Of a DNA stretch of 20,000 bases, positions 5,828-15,242 are shown in pieces. The stretch is from the IMG/VR virus record IMGVR_UViG_3300013772_000004; one strand, written 5' to 3'. Under the pieces are notes generated by a model that ran no database searches, had not been told where the DNA came from, and was given only the letters and a program-made list of their open reading frames with translations. Position 1 is the first letter of the stretch; every line of letters begins with the position of its first letter. Made by a program: the position numbers and the translations under genes. Source of the stretch: an uncultured virus (IMG/VR IMGVR_UViG_3300013772_000004) (Duplodnaviria > Heunggongvirae > Uroviricota > Caudoviricetes).

Positions 5828-7618
5828 ATGGGTCTTTTCTCGCGTATGGGTGCGTCACTCGGCCGAGTATTCGGCGGGTCGACGAGAGACGTGAGAAACG
5901 CCCTGAAGAACGACGCCGTGATCGACGGCAAGTGGGTCGAGACTCGTCAGGGCATCGGTGGAGCTCAGGTCGTCGGCAGCTTTCTCGCCTCGGCGGAACG
6001 AAATCCCCGGTTGGCGTCCGTCAGGCAGCGAGTCGAGGCGTATCAGGACGTCTCGTACAACGTGTCGATCGTCGCGACCTCGCTGCGCTACGTCAGCGCG
6101 CTGATCACGGCGACCAACTGGAACGTCCACGCTCCCAAGGGTAAGAATATCCTGACCGACAAGGGCGTTCCAACCGGCGACAAGTCGGAGAAGCCGGTGC
6201 TTCCTGGCACGGGCGCGACACCCGCTCCATCGGCGAAGCAGTTCGCGGGACGGGACCCCTCCGGCCCCGCGGATCCCGAGGAGGACACGGATCGCTCCGA
6301 CAACGAGGACTACGTCAACCTAACTCCGGCCGAGGTGAAGCTCGCCGCCGAGTACGCTGAGGCAATCCGCCAGAACCTCCGCCGCATGGCGGTACCGTGG
6401 TTCAAGGTCGTCCGACAGGCCGCGACCTTCAAGTGGTTCGGACACAGCGTGCAGGAGATGATCGCCCAGCGGATGGACGACATCATGCCCGGTTTCATCG
6501 GCATCGGCACCATCGAGAATCGTCCGATCGAGACGCTTCAGCAGTGGTTTCTCGATCAGGACTCCGGCGCGGTTCAGGGATGGATCCAGCGCGGCATTCT
6601 CGACGGCACCGAGCACAACCTCGATCGCGAGCGCTGCGTCTACATCGTCGACGATACGCTCACGTCGCAGCCTGACGGCGTCGGCCTTCTTCGCCACGTC
6701 ATCCAGCTCTGTGATCAGCTGAAGCGGCTCGAGCAGATCGAGCTCTGGGCCTACGAGACTGACCTGCGTGGCGTACCGATCGGCTACGCTCCGGTCGCGC
6801 TGCTGATGGAGCAGGTTCGCCAGGGTCGCATGACCAAGGCGCAGATGGAGCTCGCTCTCCAGGGCATTCAGGACTTCATCGTTCACCACGTGGTGAACCC
6901 GGAGCTGGGCCTGCTGCTCGACTCCAGTCCCTACACGAGCAGCGACAACGCTCGCACTCCAGTCGGTAACACGCGCCAGTGGGGCATGGAGCTCGTCAAG
7001 GGTTCCGGCACCGGCCTCGCCGAGATCCACGCCGCGATCGAGCGTAAGAATCACGAGATCGCTCGCGCGCTTCACACCGAGCAGTTCATGCTCGGTGCCG
7101 GCGGAAAGGGCTCGCTGGCCCTCTCGGAGGACAAGAGCCGCTCGATGATCGAGCTCATCAACTCGATCATCATGGAGGTCGCCTGGTCTCTCGAGCACGA
7201 CATGATTCGGCGTATCTTCATTCTCAACAACTGGGACATGAAGCTGATGCCGCGTCTTCTGCCCGACGCGGTGGCTCTCCGGTCGGTGAGTATCATCACG
7301 GACGCGCTCAGCAAGCTCGCCCTCGCGGGTGCCACTATCGATCGCAACGATCCGATCATCAACCAGATTCGCTCGATGCTCAAGCTAGTCGAGCAGCCGT
7401 TCGTGACTCCCGAGATGATTGCCGCCTCGAAGCCACCGAACGCCGGAGGCACTCCGGGCCAGAAGGGTCCTACTGCACCGAATCTTACGAAGGACAACTC
7501 ACTCGGCGCCGAACTCGAACGAGTGTTCTCTGCTCGACTTTCTACTCCTGGTGATGTTACTCCACTAGAGATGATGAAGCTGTTCACTGACACCGTCAAC
7601 GCCCGGAGGGTCTCGTGA
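5828..7618 (+). CDS. Portal protein, probably DUF935/Mu gp29-like (596 aa)
   Basis: Directly after terL, suitable size, motifs FGHSVQE, PDGVGLLRHV, DLRGVPIG, GSLALS. Confidence 0.88.
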   Translation: MGLFSRMGASLGRVFGGSTRDVRNALKNDAVIDGKWVETRQGIGGAQVVGSFLASAERNPRLASVRQRVEAYQDVSYNVSIVATSLRYVSALITATNWNVHAPKGKNILTDKGVPTGDKSEKPVLPGTGATPAPSAKQFAGRDPSGPADPEEDTDRSDNEDYVNLTPAEVKLAAEYAEAIRQNLRRMAVPWFKVVRQAATFKWFGHSVQEMIAQRMDDIMPGFIGIGTIENRPIETLQQWFLDQDSGAVQGWIQRGILDGTEHNLDRERCVYIVDDTLTSQPDGVGLLRHVIQLCDQLKRLEQIELWAYETDLRGVPIGYAPVALLMEQVRQGRMTKAQMELALQGIQDFIVHHVVNPELGLLLDSSPYTSSDNARTPVGNTRQWGMELVKGSGTGLAEIHAAIERKNHEIARALHTEQFMLGAGGKGSLALSEDKSRSMIELINSIIMEVAWSLEHDMIRRIFILNNWDMKLMPRLLPDAVALRSVSIITDALSKLALAGATIDRNDPIINQIRSMLKLVEQPFVTPEMIAASKPPNAGGTPGQKGPTAPNLTKDNSLGAELERVFSARLSTPGDVTPLEMMKLFTDTVNARRVS

Positions 7619-8145
7619 GTACCAGTCAGGTCTACATCGGACAGTACGCCTACGACGTCTACGGGAATACGGCCGACGCGGACCAGTATTGGTTCCCGCT
7701 GAACAACATTCTCGAGTCCGGTACGTCATGGTCGCTCGCGTCAGCCGACGCTCGGGCGAGCTCGCTGGTGGCGGCGACGCGCATCATCGACAGTCTCGGG
7801 TATCCCACGCTCTACGGAACGTTCAGCCTGCGAAACGCCATCGCCGACTTCGATACGATCTGCTACGAGATCGCCGGTCAGGTTCTACTCCAGCCCGCCG
7901 TCTTCACGCAACTGTCGTCCGGCTCGAACATCAGGCGAGTCGACGCGGGCGGCGGTGTCGTCGTCGAGTTCTTCAACGAGACTCTCACGACGACCAGTCG
8001 CTTCTCGCCGCTGGTCGATGCACTGCTGGCCAAGTACCTCGGCAACGACGTGGTCTCCACCAGCCAGTCCTGGGCGTCCGGTACGGGCGACAGCCCGGAC
8101 GCGGGCGGTAACAGCTACAACTACAGCCTGACCAGGCCGACCTGA
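7615..8145 (+). CDS. Head-tail adaptor, DnaT-like family (176 aa)
   Basis: Y....DADQY...W......RA.SL..ATR.ID and C-terminal IRRV.AG...VEF...VDALL..YL pattern. Confidence 0.75.
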   Translation: MSTSQVYIGQYAYDVYGNTADADQYWFPLNNILESGTSWSLASADARASSLVAATRIIDSLGYPTLYGTFSLRNAIADFDTICYEIAGQVLLQPAVFTQLSSGSNIRRVDAGGGVVVEFFNETLTTTSRFSPLVDALLAKYLGNDVVSTSQSWASGTGDSPDAGGNSYNYSLTRPT

Positions 8146-8540
8146 TGGGCAAGAAGCTCTTCGGCATCGACGTTCAGAAGCTGGTGGCCGACGCATTCAA
8201 GCCAAAGGACACGCAGAAGTTCATTCTTCGCAAGAAGTCCTACGCCGGCTACGACCCGGCCAATCCAACCTCTGGGCGAGTCGAGACGCAGGTGGACTAC
8301 CCCTGCAACGGTATGGTCACGTCCTATAGTCGTTTCATCTTCGCTCAGGACGATCTGATCGAGGACGGCGACATGCGTGCGGTGGTCGTCGGTCGACCTC
8401 TTGCTCTCCAGGGTGTGGAGCCTACGAAGGACGATCTGTTCGTCGACGACGAGGGAACTGTGTATACGATCGTCAAGTCTGATACCACCGGACTGCGAGC
8501 CACCTACATTCTTCAGATCAGAGGAATCACGCAGCGGTGA
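8145..8540 (+). CDS. Head closure / head-tail joining protein (131 aa)
   Basis: YDPANP..G......Y.C.G....Y........I..GD...P...D......Y.IV...ATY.LQ.R pattern; TGATG overlap with the adaptor. Confidence 0.7.
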   Translation: MGKKLFGIDVQKLVADAFKPKDTQKFILRKKSYAGYDPANPTSGRVETQVDYPCNGMVTSYSRFIFAQDDLIEDGDMRAVVVGRPLALQGVEPTKDDLFVDDEGTVYTIVKSDTTGLRATYILQIRGITQR

Positions 8541-8604
8541 GTGGTGAGTTGATGCACTCCGAGGAACTGGTACTCGTGACTCTTCAAGGCTATCTCGGGT
8601 TCTC

Positions 8605-10107
8605 ATGAAGCCTGCTCCCATCACGGTGGACGCGAAGCTGCGCAGCGAGGCAATCTCGTCGGCATCGCTCTCCATCGGTCGCGGACTCGGTCTCGACACG
8701 ATGAAGATGTTCTCCGGAGGAAAGCCCGTCGACGAGGTTCTCCGTGACGAGCTCCTGGCCAAGTGTGCGACCGGTCAGTACGTGGAGCTCGAGGTTCCGA
8801 TGCTCGCCTACGAGCAGCAGCCCGACTCCGTCAACAAGAACTACGTTCGGGTTCGCGACGGCGGCATGATGGCGTTCGGCCAGTCGGCCAAGGGTAACCC
8901 TTTCCTCCGCGACCACGCCCAGAACGACTCGACTGCCGTCGGCGGTCGCATTACGAAGTCGCAGACCGTCAAGAACGGCGAGGGCGACTACAGCATCAAC
9001 CAGACTGCGATGCTGACGGATCCCGCCATGGTCGCTCGCGCTCTTCGCGGCCTCATGTCGACGGTGTCCATCAGCTGGCGTTCTACGGACGGTCAGGTCG
9101 ACTGCTCCGCGTGTGGCACGCCGGTTCTCACCGACTGCTACCACTTCCCCGGCGACAAGCTTCGCCAGGTCGAGAACGACGGCAAGAAGTCGTTCGTTCG
9201 CGATCGTAAGAATTCCACGCACACCGCGCAGTGGATCTATAACAACGTCGAGCACGTCGAGACGAGCGAGGTTCCGGTTCCGGCCGTGAAGAACGCCAAG
9301 ATCGATGCGATCCGTAACTCTGTTCTGATGTCCGCTGGTTTGGCGGACGACAACGAACCCGATCCTGTCCCCGCACTCGCTCCGATCGAGCCTCCCATCA
9401 CGGAGAAAAAGAACATGCTGACCGAAGAACAGATCAAGTCCCTCCAGCTCTCGCTCGATCGTGCCAACAAGGTCATCGAGCTCAACGACACCGAGAAGGC
9501 GTACTTCCAGCGTCTCGGCGAGTCGGAGGGCGATCGCTTCCTCGCGAAGTCCTCGGCCGATCGCGGCAAGATGTTCGAGGTCGTCTACACGGCCAAGAAC
9601 GGAACCGTCTTCACCGCCGCGGACGACAAGCGTCTCGTCGAGATGGCGAAGCAGGGCGACGCCGACAAGGAGGGCTTCGCCGTGGCGCTCGCCGCCGAGA
9701 AGGCAAAGGGCCTGCTGAGCCGCACCGAGGCGACTCTCAGCCACCTCAGCGGTCCGATCGAGGCGCGCGTCGCGCTTCTCACCGCCGTGGAGAGCATCGA
9801 GAACGCCGAGTACCGCACGGCGGCGCTCGCGGCGCTGTCGGAGCAGGACGCGAAGGCCTCCAAGGCGTTCGTTCGTCAGGGCTCTGGCGCCACTGTCAAG
9901 GGTACCGAGAAGGCTCCCGTCGTCCTCAAGTCGGTCACCGGCGCGAACTCGGAGACCAAGCTGGAGTTCGAGGCCGAGCTCCAGGCGATGGCCGACGAGC
10001 TGGTCGCCAATGGCTCGCAGAAGGATCCGGAGATGGCCTACGTGGTCGCTCTCCAGTCCGACAAGGGCCGCGAGATCTACTCCAAGCTCCAGCACGTCTC
10101 GAAGTAG
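8605..10107 (+). CDS. Prohead protease-scaffold fusion (500 aa)
   Basis: Candidate catalytic His (FLRDH) and Ser (STVSISW), ETSEVPVPA motif, Pro-rich linker, then a helical charged domain; upstream of the capsid genes. Confidence 0.8.
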   Translation: MKPAPITVDAKLRSEAISSASLSIGRGLGLDTMKMFSGGKPVDEVLRDELLAKCATGQYVELEVPMLAYEQQPDSVNKNYVRVRDGGMMAFGQSAKGNPFLRDHAQNDSTAVGGRITKSQTVKNGEGDYSINQTAMLTDPAMVARALRGLMSTVSISWRSTDGQVDCSACGTPVLTDCYHFPGDKLRQVENDGKKSFVRDRKNSTHTAQWIYNNVEHVETSEVPVPAVKNAKIDAIRNSVLMSAGLADDNEPDPVPALAPIEPPITEKKNMLTEEQIKSLQLSLDRANKVIELNDTEKAYFQRLGESEGDRFLAKSSADRGKMFEVVYTAKNGTVFTAADDKRLVEMAKQGDADKEGFAVALAAEKAKGLLSRTEATLSHLSGPIEARVALLTAVESIENAEYRTAALAALSEQDAKASKAFVRQGSGATVKGTEKAPVVLKSVTGANSETKLEFEAELQAMADELVANGSQKDPEMAYVVALQSDKGREIYSKLQHVSK

Positions 10108-10164
10108 TCGCCAGTCGGCCACTAGAACACCCCAAATCACACTCTCTCGACAGGAGACTCTACG

Positions 10165-10554
10165 ATGCCGATCACTGGCGCCTACTCTAGCCCCGCATTC
10201 ACCAACACCCTCAACGTCAAGGCGGCCGTGACGGCCGTTCGCTACACGGCGATCGACGTCGAAGTCACCACTGGCAGCGCGATCCTCACGACCCTCGCCG
10301 GCGCGATGATCGGGGTCGCCCAGGACAACACCGACGGACCGCACGGCGTTCCGTACCAGCACACCGGCATCACGCCGATGGTGACTGGAGCGGGTGGTGT
10401 CGCGGCCGGTGACTTCTTCCAGGTCGACGCGGCGGGCGGTGCGGTCCGTGCGATCGCCAGCGGCAAGCCGCACGGTCGCGTCCTCACCGGCGCGATCGCA
10501 GGCAAGCTCTGCACCGTCCAGCTTCACATCCAGAACGTCGCTCCGGCGACCTGA
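10165..10554 (+). CDS. Capsid cement/decoration protein, DUF2190-like (129 aa)
   Basis: IGVAQ, G.T....G.GGVAAGD..QVDAAG.AV, G.VL.GA.AG motifs; AGGAG RBS; between scaffold and capsid. Confidence 0.8.
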   Translation: MPITGAYSSPAFTNTLNVKAAVTAVRYTAIDVEVTTGSAILTTLAGAMIGVAQDNTDGPHGVPYQHTGITPMVTGAGGVAAGDFFQVDAAGGAVRAIASGKPHGRVLTGAIAGKLCTVQLHIQNVAPAT

Positions 10555-10616
10555 TCCTTCGGGCTTCTCACCACTCAACCTTTTCTCACTAGTCACACAA
10601 CAGGAGCCTCCAGGCC

Positions 10617-11615
10617 ATGGCGACGACCCCTACCCTCTCAGACGTTCACGTAAACCGGCCGCTCACCAAGATGGCGGCCCTCTTCATGACGGACCTGCAG
10701 GACTTCCAGGCTGACTACCTGGCGCCCATCATGCCGTCTGACAAGCGTTCCAACACGTACTACAAGCTGGACAAGAACTACTGGTTCTCGGACATCATGC
10801 AGAAGCGTGGCCCGGGAGTCGCTGCGGTCCGGAAGGGCTGGGGTACTCTGATGGACTCCTTCCTCATCGACGTCTGGGCCGTCGGCAAGGACATCGACGA
10901 TCAGACCCGCGCCAATGCGGACGACGAGCTCCAGCTCGAGGCGACTTCGATGAAGTTCGTCGCTCGCGCCGAGCGCCTGAACCGCGAGAAGCGGTTCTAC
11001 GACGCGGTCTGGAACGCGGCGGCGTGGAGCAACTCGCTGACGGGCAACACTGCTCTGTCCGCGATCTCTGCGGGTACGGCCGGCACCATCAACCAGTGGA
11101 ACGACGCCAACTCGACGCCGATCAACGACGTTCAGTCGATCCAGACCGTCTCCCGACTCACGACGGGTATGGCGTTCACCGATCTCGCGATCGGTCAGGA
11201 AGTCTTCAACGCTCTCAAGAGCAACACCCAGATCCTCGATCGCATCACCGGTGGTTCCACCTCGGTGAATCCCGCGAACGTGACCAAGGAGCTCATCTCG
11301 AATCTCCTCGGCATCAACTTGGTCGTCCTGTCTGCAGTCGAGAACACTGCTGGTCTCGGCAATGCCATGACTGGTCAGTACATCTTCGGCAAGCAGGGCC
11401 TCTTCATGCACCGCGACAACTCGCCGGGCATGGAGACGCCGACGGCCATTCGTACGATCACCTGGCAGCAGTACGCCGGCAACAAGAACGGCACGCGGAT
11501 CATGAAGTGGCGTGACGAGTCGATTCACTCCGACATCATCGAGATGGAGTCGGCGTACGTCCACAAGATCGTGGCTCCGGATCTCGGCCTCTTCGTCAAC
11601 GGTCTGGTCGCCTAG
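10617..11615 (+). CDS. Major capsid protein (332 aa)
   Basis: N-terminal PT.SDVHVNRPLT...F.AD..AP and C-terminal KIVAPDLGLF; AGGAG RBS; position. Confidence 0.9.
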   Translation: MATTPTLSDVHVNRPLTKMAALFMTDLQDFQADYLAPIMPSDKRSNTYYKLDKNYWFSDIMQKRGPGVAAVRKGWGTLMDSFLIDVWAVGKDIDDQTRANADDELQLEATSMKFVARAERLNREKRFYDAVWNAAAWSNSLTGNTALSAISAGTAGTINQWNDANSTPINDVQSIQTVSRLTTGMAFTDLAIGQEVFNALKSNTQILDRITGGSTSVNPANVTKELISNLLGINLVVLSAVENTAGLGNAMTGQYIFGKQGLFMHRDNSPGMETPTAIRTITWQQYAGNKNGTRIMKWRDESIHSDIIEMESAYVHKIVAPDLGLFVNGLVA

Positions 11616-11621
11616 GTCTAG

Positions 11622-11945
11622 ATGGCTCGCGAGGGTTCATACCTTCCTCCTCATCGTCGAGGTCGAATCTTCGACGAGTCGAAGACTCTCTACGCTCGTC
11701 AGCGACTGCAGAGTCGAGACATCGTCTGGGAGATTGGGGAGGAAGTCGACTGGCGAGCAGAGGGCATCAGCGTCGCTACCGTTCAGCAGTGGTTTCGCAT
11801 CCGATACGTCAGCCACTTCAAGAATGGTGACACCTCGCCGGAGGCCAGGGAATTCTACGCCAGCATTCCTCACTACGTTCAGGCGGCTCCGCCAGTCAAG
11901 TCGACTCTGAAGCCGACGAAGCCAGCTGCGAAGTCTCGCTGGTAG
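11622..11945 (+). CDS. Hypothetical virion-associated protein (107 aa)
   Basis: ORF packed between the capsid and neck genes; basic, Pro-rich C-terminus. Confidence 0.7.
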   Translation: MAREGSYLPPHRRGRIFDESKTLYARQRLQSRDIVWEIGEEVDWRAEGISVATVQQWFRIRYVSHFKNGDTSPEAREFYASIPHYVQAAPPVKSTLKPTKPAAKSRW

Positions 11946-11960
11946 GCCCGGGAGGGTCTC

Positions 11961-12377
11961 GTGCCCTACGAAATCACCACAAACGATCCGGGAGTAGTAG
12001 GCGCGGCGGTCGAGAAGGCCGTCAGCGCCTTGTTCATTACCACGATGACTCGTGCGTGGGAGAACCTGATCACGGCTCCCTCTCACGGTGGAACTCCAGT
12101 CGACACTGGATTCGCGAGTGCCAGCTGGATTCTGTCTATCAGCGAGCCGAGCGACGAGGTGGGCGGCTCTAAGGAGAACGTGGATCTCGGTCCCTCGGAT
12201 CGCGGCGTGACAGCACTGATGAACTACAAGATCACCTACGGCGCGGTCTTTCTCGTGAATAACACCGACTACATCGTCGAGCTCAACTACGGTTCTAGTC
12301 CGCAGGCGCGGACCGGCTTCGTGGAGCGAGCCTATGAAGAGGCCATCGAGTTCGGCCAGAGGCAGAACTATCTGTGA
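11961..12377 (+). CDS. Neck/tail completion protein, HK97 gp10-like (138 aa)
   Basis: TPVDTG.A.ASW and NN..YI.ELN.GSS.QA..GFV motifs; GGAGG RBS before GTG. Confidence 0.85.
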   Translation: MPYEITTNDPGVVGAAVEKAVSALFITTMTRAWENLITAPSHGGTPVDTGFASASWILSISEPSDEVGGSKENVDLGPSDRGVTALMNYKITYGAVFLVNNTDYIVELNYGSSPQARTGFVERAYEEAIEFGQRQNYL

Positions 12378-12802
12378 GCGTCACTCTCACAGAGGCTCAG
12401 GCAAAGTCTGCGCTCGACACGTACTTCATGTCGAACTGGATGACGGCGTATCCTGCCGTACTGTTCGATCTCGAGAACGTACAGACGACGTCACCAGCTC
12501 CGGGCAAGCCGTGGGTACGGTGCCGCCTACAGCTCGAGAACAGCGTCCAGGAGACACTAGGTGCTCCAGGGGCGCGACAGTACCGCCGCGACGCGGCGGT
12601 GTGGTGCTGGTGCTTCGTCGCCGCCAACAGCGGCACGACACTCCTGAATGGAATGATCGACACTCTCAGGACTATGTTCGAGGGAGTCACCTTCAGCGGT
12701 ATCTCGCCACGCGGAGCAGTTCGTACTGTCACGACCGGAGCTAATGGTCAGTGGTACGAAGTGGCCGTGATCGCTCCCGTAATGTACACTCAGACACGCT
12801 AA
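12374..12802 (+). CDS. Tail terminator protein (142 aa)
   Basis: EN......P..PWVR.......S.Q.TLG..G.R.Y.R pattern; directly before the tail tube gene. Confidence 0.8.
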   Translation: MSVTLTEAQAKSALDTYFMSNWMTAYPAVLFDLENVQTTSPAPGKPWVRCRLQLENSVQETLGAPGARQYRRDAAVWCWCFVAANSGTTLLNGMIDTLRTMFEGVTFSGISPRGAVRTVTTGANGQWYEVAVIAPVMYTQTR

Positions 12803-12817
12803 ACAGGAGAACTCGCC

Positions 12818-14320
12818 ATGGGCCGCTCACTTACCAACAATCTCTCACTCTCGGTCGCTGTCGAGAGCGCGCTCGGCATCCAGCCTACCAGTGGTTGGAA
12901 AATCGTCGAGCCTACCACCATCGGCAAGTTCGGCCCGTCGCTGACGAAGCTGACACGTACCCCGATCTCTAAGAATCGTCAGCGCCGCAAGGGCGCGCTG
13001 ACCGATCTCAACTCGAGCGTCGAGTTCGAGGCTGACATCACCTACAATCACCTCATGATGTTCGCCGAGGGCCTGCTCTTCGCCACGGCGCGCGGCGGCA
13101 CGGTCTACGACGTCAGCGGTGTGACGGCGACCGGCTTCACGGTCGCGGCTGGCGGCGCCATCGCGGCGGACACGCTGGTCGTCGTTCGTGGCTGCAAGAA
13201 TGCCGTGAACAACGGCCTCAAGACGGTGACGGCGGGATCGACTGGTACCGAGATTCACGCGGCGGGCCTGGTGGCAGAAGTCTTCGCCGCGAACCAGGGT
13301 GTGACTCTCGAGATCGCCGGCTTCGTCGGCGCAGCTGGTGATCTCAAGATCGACGCGACTGGTCATCTCACCTCGACGGCCACGAACTTCACGACCGGCG
13401 TTCCTGGTATGATCCAGCGGGGCCAGTTCATCCACGTCGGCGACGTCGCTGGCGGAGCGAACAGCTTCTTCACGGCGGCGGACCGTGGTCTCGCCCGGGT
13501 GCAGGCGATCGCCGCGAATCTTCTCACGCTCGACAAGACGAGCGCGACGTTCGTGGTCGACGACGGTACGAGCACCGGTTCTCTTGGTACCGCGAAGTCC
13601 ATCTACATCCTCTTCGGCAGCTACGTGCGGAACGTGTCGGTCGACGATCCAGACTACCTGGAGCGCACCTATCAGTTCGAGCTCGCGTACGAGAATCTCG
13701 GTCTGACTCCCGGCACCGACGAATACGAGTACGCGGAGGGCAACTTCGCGAACCAGATGGACTTCAGCTTCCAGACCGCGTCGAAGGGAACGATGAAGTG
13801 TACCTTCATCGGTACTGACACCTCTCCTCCCGCACTCACTCGTGCGACCGGTGGGTCTATTGCGAAGCAACCGACGGCGACCGAGATGTACAACACGAGC
13901 TCGGACTTCGTCCGCCTTCGTGTCGAGAACGCCGACCTCACCGGCCTGACGACGGACTTCAAGAACGTCACGCTGATGCTCAAGAACAATGTCACCCCCG
14001 AGAAGGTCGTCGGCACTCTCGGCGGCAAGTACATGAACGCTGGTCTGTTCGAGGTGGAGCTCGACGGGAGCTGTCTCTTCACCAGCGACCTGGTTCTGGC
14101 GGCGATGCGCAACAACGCGACGCTCTCGATGGAGTTCTGCGTGCGCAACGGCGACGGCGGGTTCTGCTTCGACATTCCCTCGATGACCGTCGAGGGCGGC
14201 GACAAGAACTTCCCGGTCAACCAGACCATCGACATCACGCTCAAGGCGATGGCGTTCCAGGACGCCAACCTCGGCACCTCGCTCTCGCTGTCGACGTTCC
14301 CGTACCTGCCTGCCGCTTAG
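12818..14320 (+). CDS. Major tail tube protein (500 aa)
   Basis: N-terminal E..LG..P...W...EP.....FG......R.PI...RQR.KG..TDL pattern of Phage_tube_2-type siphovirus tubes; AGGAG RBS. Confidence 0.88.
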   Translation: MGRSLTNNLSLSVAVESALGIQPTSGWKIVEPTTIGKFGPSLTKLTRTPISKNRQRRKGALTDLNSSVEFEADITYNHLMMFAEGLLFATARGGTVYDVSGVTATGFTVAAGGAIAADTLVVVRGCKNAVNNGLKTVTAGSTGTEIHAAGLVAEVFAANQGVTLEIAGFVGAAGDLKIDATGHLTSTATNFTTGVPGMIQRGQFIHVGDVAGGANSFFTAADRGLARVQAIAANLLTLDKTSATFVVDDGTSTGSLGTAKSIYILFGSYVRNVSVDDPDYLERTYQFELAYENLGLTPGTDEYEYAEGNFANQMDFSFQTASKGTMKCTFIGTDTSPPALTRATGGSIAKQPTATEMYNTSSDFVRLRVENADLTGLTTDFKNVTLMLKNNVTPEKVVGTLGGKYMNAGLFEVELDGSCLFTSDLVLAAMRNNATLSMEFCVRNGDGGFCFDIPSMTVEGGDKNFPVNQTIDITLKAMAFQDANLGTSLSLSTFPYLPAA

Positions 14321-14347
14321 TCCCCACCTCCTGAGCGACGGCCTTCA

Positions 14348-14378
14348 CACCCTCCGGGCACGCCATACCCGGAGGGTG
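14348..14378 (+). terminator. 11-bp stem-loop after the tail tube gene (partial terminator or mRNA stabiliser)
   Basis: CACCCTCCGGG - 9 nt loop - CCCGGAGGGTG; no U-tract. Confidence 0.55.
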
Positions 14379-14427
14379 AGTCGTATCTACTCATCGTCTA
14401 TTGCAGTCCCTACCCTGGACATGCCAC

Positions 14428-14865
14428 ATGACTACTATGGCAAGTTCTTTCAGTCATCTGAAGCAGGGTAAGCTCTCGAGCGTTACCTACACTCTGTGGG
14501 ACGTTCAGGGCGAACCGAAGCTCGAAGTCAAGTTCGCCGGCGAGACCAACAAGCCCTACTTCAACGAGGTGTTGAAGCGAGCCGAGCACATTCAGCGCGC
14601 CAAGCGCAAGATCGACGCAGGACTCATCGCCGAGAACCGTACTCGCGATCGTCAGTCGTTCCCCAAGTACGTCATCGTCGGATGGAAAGACGTCAAGGAC
14701 GCCGACGGCAAGGAGGTCTCATTCACCACCGAGGACTGCGAGTCTTTCCTCAACGCACTCGACGACGATCAATTCGACGGCATTCGCGAGTTCGCCAAGG
14801 ACGCCTCGAACTTTCGCGAGTTCGTCGACAAGGGCAACACCCCGGGAAACTCGCAGAGCGTCTGA
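14428..14865 (+). CDS. Tail assembly chaperone (gpG-like)
   Basis: Between tube and tape measure genes; AG..NK.Y...IVGWKDV.D.DG.EV.FT.E pattern; start ATG 14428 or 14437. Confidence 0.85.
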   Translation: MTTMASSFSHLKQGKLSSVTYTLWDVQGEPKLEVKFAGETNKPYFNEVLKRAEHIQRAKRKIDAGLIAENRTRDRQSFPKYVIVGWKDVKDADGKEVSFTTEDCESFLNALDDDQFDGIREFAKDASNFREFVDKGNTPGNSQSV

Positions 14866-15239
14866 GCTGGGAGCTTAGGCTCGGACGCGACGGCTACACG
14901 ATCGAGGCGGGAGAGATCAAGGGTAGAGCTCCACCGGACTGGTACACGGACGTAGTAGAGGAATTAGAGACAGATCACTTCTACATGCGTGCCTTCTGGG
15001 ATCTTCATACGGAGAGAACTTTTGGTATGTCACTGGGACCGATACCGTACGGAAAGATCAAGCAGTACGGTATCGACGAGGAGCTAGAGGACGGCGTTCT
15101 ACTCATGTTCATCGATACGATCAGAGCGATGGACATCGCGTACCTCAAGGACAGTGACGAGGAACAGAAGAAAAAGTCTCCTCCTCGTGCCCCAATGAGT
15201 AAGGACGACAAGACCGACGTTCTCACACGAAGGAGCTGA
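14844..15239 (+). CDS. Tail chaperone -1 frameshift extension (gpGT-like)
   Basis: Slippery G GGA AAC at 14844-14850 is in phase. The -1 frame reads GKLAERLSWEL...AFWDLHTER.FGM..GPIPY..I..Y to TGA 15239. Confidence 0.85.
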   Translation, partial: GKLAERLSWELRLGRDGYTIEAGEIKGRAPPDWYTDVVEELETDHFYMRAFWDLHTERTFGMSLGPIPYGKIKQYGIDEELEDGVLLMFIDTIRAMDIAYLKDSDEEQKKKSPPRAPMSKDDKTDVLTRRS

Positions 15240-15242
15240 CTA

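Noticed and set aside
10556..10563. C-UUCG-G tetraloop before the capsid gene
   Set aside because: Stem is only about 2 bp.
8590..10596. 668-aa minus-strand ORF, and similar ones at 6320-7198, 10638-11564, 12845-13870, 16188-17126
   Set aside because: Antisense to well-supported structural genes, with the residue composition typical of shadow frames.
14496..14843. 5' part of the 247-aa ORF as an independent gene
   Set aside because: Off-frame overlap with the chaperone; only the part after the slippery site looks coding.
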